From positions 1-12,021 of the forward strand of contig JBHLOY010000033.1 of the NCBI GenBank assembly GCA_048939995.1: a DNA stretch of 12,021 nucleotides, written 5' to 3'. The position numbers and the translations under genes were made by a program. The notes below the pieces were generated by a model that saw only the letters and a program-made list of their open reading frames with translations, did not search any database and was not told where the DNA came from. This document shows, in pieces, positions 5,623 through 12,021 of this stretch (position 1 is the first letter of the stretch; each line of letters starts with the position of its first letter). Source of the DNA: Promethearchaeota archaeon (GTDB lineage: Archaea; Asgardarchaeota; Lokiarchaeia; Sigyniarchaeales; SOKP01).

Positions 5623-7548
5623 TTAATTAATTCTAGAAATATTAACTATATGAACTCCATTTTCTTGTATCTTTATCTTTATTACTTGCTTATTTTCTTC
5701 TTTTAAGATTTTTCCCTCAGATACTTTCACTTCAAATCCATTTGGATAGTGAACTTTTGGAACATATATTAAAGTTGATTCTTTAATTGATGTCTCCCCA
5801 TCAAATTCCAAATAAAATGAACCAGTCTTTATATTGAATTCCGTTTTCAATGGGATTCCTGCGCATCGTATGAAATGAGGTCTACAAAATCCTTTAATAG
5901 CTCTTCCACCACTATTTATGTCCTCTGGATTGACAACTTGGTTTTTGCTAAATATAGACAGATCTTCTAAATTCCATTGGTCTCCCCATTCATTAGTATT
6001 GTCTGCTGTATAGTTCCATTGAGTTGAATGCAATAAATTTGCGTCTAAAGCATTATAATACATCGTAAGTAATTTGATATGTTTTTCCCAAGCTATATTT
6101 GGTTCTGATTTGAATTTTTGGTATGCCTCTTTGTTATTAAGATCATAAGGTAGTCCAAATTCCCCGATTAAAGTTGGTATTCCTCCATGTATGGACTGTG
6201 CTATACTTTTAATATTATTAAGCTGCCTATTGAACATCTCTTGAATATTTTTCTTCCCCATAACAATTTTGTCTTCTGAGATGTCATAACTCGCTTTTAT
6301 CATAGGTCTTTTTGTTCCCAATGTTGCACCATCATACCAGTGACCTGCATGTACAACATTTTCAGGTACTTTAAATATCAACCTTTCCCCTCTTAAAATT
6401 CTTATCGCTTGACTTTCAAAAAATATTATGGAGTTGGGAATAACTTCTCTTATAGTTTTTGTATACTTTAAAATAAAGGGAGATAAATAATCTTGATTAA
6501 AATCAACAATTTTGCCTTCTTTAACCACAAAATACTCATTATTTAAAATTATAGGATTTTTGGATTCATCTAAACCCCACACACCTTCTTTCCTCCAAAT
6601 GTCTTCAGCACCTTCTAGCCAACATGAAACTTTTCCTTCATTTAAATCATCTTTTCGTGTTTCTTTAACACCGAAGCGTTTCACTTCTTTAAAGCCAACT
6701 GCTCTTGTATAACCTGAGCCAGTTAACATAGCATCGAAAGGAGTGAAAGTATAACCTAAATCTTCGCTTAATTTTTCAGAACCTACCCCGTCAACCCTTT
6801 TTTGAATCCAACCTGGTTCTGGTTCGTTTAAGCTGTCAAATCCTATTACATAAGGATTATCTTTAACTCTTAATGCCACTTGTTTAAATGCATTGTAGTA
6901 ATGTTGTTGTAAATAGTCTTGAGCGTTTAATCCTTTGATTTTACATGAAGGAGCAAAGTCCTTTCCTCCAAAAAATATTGTCCACATCGTACTGTTAGCA
7001 AACCTTACCGCATTACTCGGCCAGTGCATTATAGGAAAAGTATTCGGATTATTAGGATCATATCTATATTGCATGACTAAAGCTGCTTCAGAAGCATCAA
7101 ATTTTGTAAAATCCAAACCCACTTTTTCAAATGTCCATCCAGGTGCGCCATCCCCACCACTCATGCGGCTCCAAACATCTTGATGGGGATCAATATAAGT
7201 GTAAAAATCAAATTCAGATGCCATTTTCAATACTTCTTCAATGTAATCAAGATATTCATTATCATATTGTTTTGGGCCTTTATGTTCTATGGCTTCCCAT
7301 GTGATCAAAAAGCGCAGACAATTAAATCCCCAATGTTTTAATCGACTGAAATGTTCATTAGCTTCCTTTAAAGGAAAAGGGCGCCCAATAAATGACACAT
7401 CGCGATGATCACTAAAATCTGTTTTAATGTGAGTTGCCCCATTTGGTTTAAAAGGAACTTTTGAGCTGCCACCTAAATTTACACCCCTAAGAAGCACTTT
7501 TCGTCCATCTTCATCAATGAACCAATCTTTATCAATTTTTAGTGACAT
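5623..7548 (-). CDS. GH5 glycolipid hydrolase, endoglycoceramidase-related (EGCrP/Egh1-like; steryl-beta-glucosidase/glucosylceramidase type), 641 aa
   Basis: LRGVNLGGSSKVP, SFIGRPFPL.EA.EHFSRL..WGFN.LR...TWEAIEH.GP..YD and IDPHQDVWSRMSGGDGAPGWT. Acid/base Glu in LNEP (codon 6825-6823), nucleophile Glu in IGEFG (codon 6162-6160), then WNYT..N....GD.WN.EDLSIFS and a C-terminal beta domain. Start set at Met9 (7548) because a TATA-like TTTTAAT lies about 25 nt upstream; 7572 is the alternative start. Confidence 0.9.
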   Translation of the reverse strand: MSLKIDKDWFIDEDGRKVLLRGVNLGGSSKVPFKPNGATHIKTDFSDHRDVSFIGRPFPLKEANEHFSRLKHWGFNCLRFLITWEAIEHKGPKQYDNEYLDYIEEVLKMASEFDFYTYIDPHQDVWSRMSGGDGAPGWTFEKVGLDFTKFDASEAALVMQYRYDPNNPNTFPIMHWPSNAVRFANSTMWTIFFGGKDFAPSCKIKGLNAQDYLQQHYYNAFKQVALRVKDNPYVIGFDSLNEPEPGWIQKRVDGVGSEKLSEDLGYTFTPFDAMLTGSGYTRAVGFKEVKRFGVKETRKDDLNEGKVSCWLEGAEDIWRKEGVWGLDESKNPIILNNEYFVVKEGKIVDFNQDYLSPFILKYTKTIREVIPNSIIFFESQAIRILRGERLIFKVPENVVHAGHWYDGATLGTKRPMIKASYDISEDKIVMGKKNIQEMFNRQLNNIKSIAQSIHGGIPTLIGEFGLPYDLNNKEAYQKFKSEPNIAWEKHIKLLTMYYNALDANLLHSTQWNYTADNTNEWGDQWNLEDLSIFSKNQVVNPEDINSGGRAIKGFCRPHFIRCAGIPLKTEFNIKTGSFYLEFDGETSIKESTLIYVPKVHYPNGFEVKVSEGKILKEENKQVIKIKIQENGVHIVNISRIN

Positions 7549-7637
7549 AATAATTATCTGTAAGGCTTTCATTAAAACTTGTCTTTAAAAGAAAAAAATA
7601 GTCTTATCTTGAAAACGTCTATAAACCTATTTGTCAA

Positions 7638-7647
7638 CAAAAAAGTA
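7638..7647 (-). terminator. U-rich terminator after the serine peptidase gene
   Basis: Minus strand reads TAG-TACTTTTTTG. Confidence 0.35.
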
Positions 7648-9039
7648 CTATATTTTATGATAATAATATCTATCAAAAATAAAGTGAACTTTTTCTGTTT
7701 TTTCATCTATAAAAAACTGGATCTTGATTTTTCGGTTTGGATAAGCAATAGGCACATAGAATTTCAGTTCATTGAGATTCTCTGGAGCCAATGGTAATTT
7801 CATTTTTGGAAAGTCTAATGACTCCTTAATTTCAGTGTACAGAATACCTTCTTCAAATGATACTTTCATAGTTTCCAAGCTTTTGTAAGTTCGATATTCT
7901 CCTATAAGCGACTTCAATTTCTCATGAACAACTAAAGAGAGAGCTGTTTCATCAAACTTTTTGTTCAATAGGATTCCAAGAACCGCATGAGCCAAACTTC
8001 CTAAAACTATTGAAGCGTTACAATTTGCTCCAATTATAACTCCCATCCTTTTTTCTGGAATAATTGTTAAGAATGCAGTGGAGGATCCAATATCACCACC
8101 ATGTTCTATTAATTCATATCCAAAGAAATTTTTCTCTATTTTCCAGCCAAAACCATATGATGCCTCCTTACTGCCATAAGTCTCTTCTGGGATTTTGATA
8201 TAAGGCTTCCACATCTGTTCTAATGAATTTTGATCCAAAATTTTATGACTATTAAATAAGCCACCATTAAGTAAAGTCATAATATAGTTTTGCATTTCTT
8301 TTACTGAACTTAATAATCCGCCAGGAGCATATACTGTTTTATCAAATGGATGTTGGGTTGCTTTATAAGGCTGTTTGTCCATCAATGGAATATAACCAGT
8401 TAATACATCAACATCTCTTTCAAAATCTTGCTTCAAGTATGTAGATCTATTCATTTCTAAGGGTTTGAGAATATTTTCTTTAATGTAATCCTCAAATTTC
8501 ATATTGGTTAATTTTTCTATAATTAATCCAGTACAGGTAAACATATCATTGTTATAAAAAAACACCTTATCCGGTTTATCAAAAAGCTCATTAAATGCAC
8601 CATTAACATGAAGCATAAAATCATTCCAACTACTCATAGGAACTAAAGCATTAAAATTTCCAAGTTGACGAACTATGGCAACAACATTACCACTCAATTC
8701 CGGAATCCCTGAGGAATGAGATAATAAATGGGAAATTCTTATTGGGTGATTTTCATCTCCTAATTTAAAATCCAGATATTTATTGACTGGATCTTGCAAA
8801 CTGATTTTTCCTTGCTCTACAAGCTGCAATAATGCAATTACAGTAAATGATTTTGATATTGAACCAATTCCAAAGAGAGTATCTTCAGTGAATGGGAGAT
8901 TTTTTTCTAGATTTCGTGCTCCAAATCCTTTCGCATAGATAGCTTTACCATCATTGACAATCCCTATTGCAAGACCAGGGATTTTAAACTCGGCCATCAA
9001 ATCTACTATTTTTTGCTCAAGTTCTTTAAATATCTTCAT
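7648..9039 (-). CDS. Serine hydrolase of the beta-lactamase class C/PBP fold; Pab87-like (CubicO) peptidase with C-terminal oligomerisation domain
   Basis: SxxK (S60-ISK), YxN (Y162-NN), HGG, HLLSHSSGIP and GGLLSSV. The C-terminal region LKSLIGEYRTYK...LPLAPE...HFIFDRYYYHK resembles the Pyrococcus Pab87 C-domain. GGAG SD at 9053-9050. No signal peptide. Confidence 0.9.
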   Translation of the reverse strand: MKIFKELEQKIVDLMAEFKIPGLAIGIVNDGKAIYAKGFGARNLEKNLPFTEDTLFGIGSISKSFTVIALLQLVEQGKISLQDPVNKYLDFKLGDENHPIRISHLLSHSSGIPELSGNVVAIVRQLGNFNALVPMSSWNDFMLHVNGAFNELFDKPDKVFFYNNDMFTCTGLIIEKLTNMKFEDYIKENILKPLEMNRSTYLKQDFERDVDVLTGYIPLMDKQPYKATQHPFDKTVYAPGGLLSSVKEMQNYIMTLLNGGLFNSHKILDQNSLEQMWKPYIKIPEETYGSKEASYGFGWKIEKNFFGYELIEHGGDIGSSTAFLTIIPEKRMGVIIGANCNASIVLGSLAHAVLGILLNKKFDETALSLVVHEKLKSLIGEYRTYKSLETMKVSFEEGILYTEIKESLDFPKMKLPLAPENLNELKFYVPIAYPNRKIKIQFFIDEKTEKVHFIFDRYYYHKI

Positions 9040-9087
9040 ATTGTTTTAACTCCATTTCTAACATATATTAGTTAATTTCTTAATTTT

Positions 9088-9702
9088 TTAAAATTTTGAA
9101 ATTTTAAGACTAAGAGGCAATGCCCAAGTTATTAAAATCAGAAAGAAAAACCATTCAAGTAGAGGTGTATGGATAAAAAAGTAAAGAAGAGATACTAATA
9201 AATGGCCGAACGCCATAAGTATCGAAATATACTTTTTAACAATATTTAACACAAATAAAAGTGCACCAATTATTATTTCCCCAAAAATCAAAGGTATAAA
9301 TACGAAAATAGTACAAATATTATGGAACTCTCTTGAAATATCGACATTTATTATGCCAGTTATAAAAAGAGAAATTAGCATAATAATAATTAATAAGAAT
9401 CCAAAATAGGATGAATAATGATATAATATCCTAAATTTTGAGGAACTTACTCTTATATTTTTTTTTACTATTATATATAATTTAAAGAAAAAAAAAGCAA
9501 GTACTATTGAGGTCAGAATTAATGTGCCATTCATAAATACGGGAAATGGTGAGCGGTTGATTGAGCCTAGATCACTTATGGGATGTATATTTATATCAAA
9601 GTTTCCAAATAGACTTGCGAATAGCAATGAGACTATTAGCCCCAGAATGAAGAATGGCACAGCAATTATGGTGATAAAATTTAATAAGCGTTGATTATTC
9701 AT
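9088..9702 (-). CDS. DUF998-like (Frag1/DRAM/Sfk1 clan) membrane protein, paralog A
   Basis: About 6 TM segments; ISDLG, NGT, TGI......HNIC and LEW motifs. Confidence 0.7.
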   Translation of the reverse strand: MNNQRLLNFITIIAVPFFILGLIVSLLFASLFGNFDINIHPISDLGSINRSPFPVFMNGTLILTSIVLAFFFFKLYIIVKKNIRVSSSKFRILYHYSSYFGFLLIIIMLISLFITGIINVDISREFHNICTIFVFIPLIFGEIIIGALLFVLNIVKKYISILMAFGHLLVSLLYFFIHTPLLEWFFFLILITWALPLSLKISKF

Positions 9703-9730
9703 ACAAGCAAATTTATGTTTAATAATCTCT

Positions 9731-9771
9731 ATTGATTACAATGTGAAAGATAATTGGGTGGCGTAATCAAT
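9731..9771. repeat. Perfect 9-bp inverted repeat with 23-nt spacer (ATTGATTAC-N23-GTAATCAAT)
   Basis: Arms at 9731-9739 and 9763-9771, lying between the putative TATA box and the ATG of paralog A. Confidence 0.6.
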
Positions 9772-9784
9772 TAGGAATGATTTT

Positions 9785-9803
9785 CTTATATATTTTTTCT
9801 TCC
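9785..9803 (-). promoter_or_regulatory. Putative BRE/TATA for DUF998 paralog A
   Basis: Minus strand reads GGAAGAAAAAA-TATATAAG. Confidence 0.45.
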
Positions 9804-9843
9804 AAAATTAAATTTATTCAGATAAAAAAACGATATTCTCATG

Positions 9844-9868
9844 AAAAAATAAAAAAATAGAAAGAAAA
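9844..9868 (-). terminator. U-rich terminator after DUF998 paralog B
   Basis: Minus strand TTTTCTTTCTATTTTTTTATTTTTT immediately follows the TAA. Confidence 0.55.
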
Positions 9869-10474
9869 TTACTTTATTAGTTCTAGATTTTTCTTATTCC
9901 CAATCATATTTATAGATAATGGCAAACCCCATAATAGTAGTATAAAGAAAGTGATCCACTCAAGTATAGGGGTTTGAAAGATAAAATAGAACATTGATAC
10001 AAATAAGTGACCAGATATCATAAGGACCGAAATGTATCTAGGAAACAAACGCTTTATAAATATTACAAGCCCTAAAATAATTTCTCCGAATAATAGAGGT
10101 AAGAAAACAAAGATTGTACAAATATTGTGATACAATACTGAGACTTCAACACTAAAAATTCCTGTAAAGAAGAAAGCAATATTCATAATTATAAAGAACG
10201 AAAAGCCGGTATTAGCTAAACGATAAAGAATATTATGTTCTCTTACATGCTTTTTAACTATTCTATATAGATTAAAGAAATAAAATGATAGAAATATTGG
10301 TGATAACATAAATGTTCCATTTATAATCATTGGATATGGAGTATATATACTTGAACCTAAATCACTTATCGTATTAAATAATATTTGATAATTACCTAAA
10401 TTCAAAGCAAATCCTAAGGCAATAATTAAACCTAGTAAGAAAAGTGGAATCGCTAGAATAGTAAATACTTTCAT
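9869..10474 (-). CDS. DUF998-like (Frag1/DRAM/Sfk1 clan) membrane protein, paralog B
   Basis: Same motifs as paralog A (ISDLGS, NGT, HNICTIFVF.PL.FGEII.G, YIS.LM..GHL.VS, TP.LEW, W.LPLS). The N-terminus may extend to 10572 through a frameshift. Confidence 0.72.
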   Translation of the reverse strand: MKVFTILAIPLFLLGLIIALGFALNLGNYQILFNTISDLGSSIYTPYPMIINGTFMLSPIFLSFYFFNLYRIVKKHVREHNILYRLANTGFSFFIIMNIAFFFTGIFSVEVSVLYHNICTIFVFLPLLFGEIILGLVIFIKRLFPRYISVLMISGHLFVSMFYFIFQTPILEWITFFILLLWGLPLSINMIGNKKNLELIK

Positions 10475-10572
10475 TATTTTTCTAATAGTCTTTCACCTTG
10501 ACTTAAATCAACTTGATTGTCTGTGTTTTGTTTATGCAAAGGAAATTGAACTTTTGAAAGGCTTAGCTCCAT
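10474..10572 (-). CDS. 32-aa upstream ORF MELSLSKVQFPLHKQNTDNQVDLSQGERLLEK, or frameshifted N-terminus of paralog B
   Basis: ATG at 10572, TAA at 10476-10474 overlapping the paralog B ATG (TAATG). Purine-rich AAGGGAAAAGGGGA upstream. Not in the supplied ORF track. Confidence 0.4.
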   Translation of the reverse strand: MELSLSKVQFPLHKQNTDNQVDLSQGERLLEK

Positions 10573-10807
10573 TGAAACCTAATTTAATCTATCCCCTTTT
10601 CCCTTATACTTAATTAAAGAGGGCATCAATATTTATCGTTTTTGTCAAATAAGGAATTATGTGATAACCCGTAGGTCTAATGAAAAAAGGAAAAACTTAT
10701 AAGGTGCTCTTTTAGATTTTTGGATATTCCTTTTATATTATTAGCAAGCATCTGATTTAAAATAACTTTCTTATATTACTCATTATTAAACCATTTAGTG
10801 ATAAACA

Positions 10808-11671
10808 ATGAATGAGAATTTAAGATTCAAGATTTTTGATGCTCATATTCATACTTTTGGTACATTTTTAGATAAAAATGAAGATTTAATTAGTTATCTG
10901 GATAAGAATAACGTTGAGAAAGCTATTATAACCACAATAAACAGAGCAGTAAGTTCAAGGATTTATAGCCATAAAGATAATGAAAATATACAAAAAGATA
11001 TGGAAAATGATAAATTAGTAAAAGCATTCGAGAAAATGAAGGAATCTATGCCAAAGGATCAATTAAATCATCAAGATGTTATAGATATTGCTAGAAGTGC
11101 TCCAGAGAGATTTTTAAAATTTTTCTGGTTTAATCCAAATGTTCAAGATGAAGAAAAGAATTATAAAATTTTAGAAAATCACTTCAATATGGGTTTCTGT
11201 GGAGTAAAGATTCATTCAGGTATTCATTTGATAAAGATTCCAAGAGATATATTGAAGCTCATAGAATTTATGCAGAATTATGATAAAAGTTATCCTTTAT
11301 TCATTCATTATACTCCAAAATTTACAGCTTTTGGAGGAATTAGTAGTAAGGATATAGCTAAACTCGCTTCTGCACATCCTGAGTTAAAAATAATTATTGG
11401 ACATGCTGCTTTGGCAATGGAGCTAGCTGTTGATTTATCATTAAATTTAAGAAGGTATCCTAACGTTTTTTTCGAAACGTCATGTTCCATTCCCTATGGA
11501 ATTCTAACTCTTATTAGAAATATTGGGTATAAGAGAATTATATTTGGATCTGATTCACCTGTTACAAATCCATTAAAGCTTGAGATCGATAAAATTCTAT
11601 CGCTCCCAATAAATGATGAAAAAAAGCAAGCTATTTTCTATAATAATGTTTTAAGTTTGGTTGGATATTAA
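10808..11671 (+). CDS. Amidohydrolase family protein (Amidohydro_2-type TIM-barrel metallohydrolase)
   Basis: DAHIH, GVKIH, LFIH, IIGH, YPNVFFETS and RIIFGSDSP metal-ligand motifs. TATA-like CTTATATTA at about 10770-10778 and GTGA before the ATG. Confidence 0.92.
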   Translation: MNENLRFKIFDAHIHTFGTFLDKNEDLISYLDKNNVEKAIITTINRAVSSRIYSHKDNENIQKDMENDKLVKAFEKMKESMPKDQLNHQDVIDIARSAPERFLKFFWFNPNVQDEEKNYKILENHFNMGFCGVKIHSGIHLIKIPRDILKLIEFMQNYDKSYPLFIHYTPKFTAFGGISSKDIAKLASAHPELKIIIGHAALAMELAVDLSLNLRRYPNVFFETSCSIPYGILTLIRNIGYKRIIFGSDSPVTNPLKLEIDKILSLPINDEKKQAIFYNNVLSLVGY

Positions 11672-11681
11672 ATTCATGAAA

Positions 11682-11689
11682 TTTTTTTT
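11682..11689 (+). terminator. U-rich terminator
   Basis: T8 run starting 11 nt after the amidohydrolase stop. Confidence 0.5.
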
Positions 11690-11902
11690 AAAATTATATT
11701 CCTCTAACTTCATTGAGATCCAATGTTTCTCGTCTTAATAAATTCAATACAATATAATATATTTAAAAATACAAGATCAAAAAGATCCATTCTTACAATC
11801 TTTTATAAACAAGTTGATTATTTTTATTTTAATAATAAGGTAATTAAAAAAGATCACGTAAATTTTATTATAGTTAAGTTAAAAATTTTTATTGCAGATA
11901 TC

Positions 11903-12021
11903 GTGAATTATTTAAGGGATAATAAAAATAACAGAGAAGATGACAACTGGGATTTAATAGAAGTCTCAAAGGTTAACGACAAAATTATTAAAAAGCTTTT
12001 AAATTATCTAAAGTATGATAT
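11903..12021 (+). CDS. Partial CDS of unknown function running off the right edge (MNYLRDNKNNREDDNWDLIEVSKVNDKIIKKLLNYLKYD...)
   Basis: GTG at 11903 with TTTTATTATA about 30 nt upstream. The frame has no stop to the window end and is also open back to an ATG at 11723, so the start is uncertain. Confidence 0.5.
   Translation, partial: MNYLRDNKNNREDDNWDLIEVSKVNDKIIKKLLNYLKYD

Noticed and set aside
5616-5630. Selenocysteine read-through at the oxidoreductase TGA, or pyrrolysine read-through at TAG stops
   Set aside because: An in-frame TAA follows this TGA after three codons, the TAG-ending proteins already look full length, and I recognised no SECIS-like element.
6512-7183. Two plus-strand ORFs (6512-6712 and 6935-7183)
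   Set aside because: Antisense shadows of the GH5 gene with non-ATG starts and no motifs.
7579-7797. 72-aa plus-strand ORF
   Set aside because: TTG start, overlaps the peptidase 3' end in antisense, low-complexity composition.
7648-9039. Beta-lactamase / antibiotic-resistance gene
   Set aside because: No signal peptide, HGG instead of KTG and a Pab87-like C-domain indicate a peptidase or esterase.
9026-9055. Tiny overlapping ORF MELKQYEDI upstream of the peptidase
   Set aside because: Its ATGGAG is more simply explained as the Shine-Dalgarno site of the peptidase gene.
11308-11490. 60-aa minus-strand ORF
   Set aside because: Antisense shadow of the amidohydrolase.
1-12021. CRISPR arrays, tRNA/rRNA, IS elements, defence systems
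   Set aside because: No regularly spaced repeats, GC-rich structured RNA-like segments, or transposase, integrase or nuclease motifs were seen.

Overview
AT-rich (roughly 30% GC by eye), gene-dense prokaryotic window with 12 complete protein-coding genes and probable partial genes at both edges. TATA-like boxes about 25 nt upstream of start codons, U-rich terminators, few Shine-Dalgarno sites and a Pab87-type peptidase point to an archaeon. The composition and stand-alone SCP2 gene suggest Lokiarchaeia/Asgard, but this is inference only. Genes in order: EchA5-like crotonase, terpenoid-cyclase/prenyltransferase-fold-like protein, YjbQ, NIPA-like DMT transporter, PIG-L-family de-N-acetylase, SCP2 lipid carrier, Gfo/Idh/MocA oxidoreductase, EGCrP/Egh1-like GH5 glycolipid hydrolase, Pab87/CubicO serine peptidase, two tandem DUF998 (Frag1/PGAP2-like) membrane proteins and an amidohydrolase. 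The best candidate for an undescribed system is a glycolipid salvage or remodelling locus (about 2330-10572), whose members resemble eukaryotic steryl-glucoside/glucosylceramide and GPI-handling families. I found no rRNA, tRNA, CRISPR array or mobile element. All family calls come from motif recognition by eye, not from database searches.
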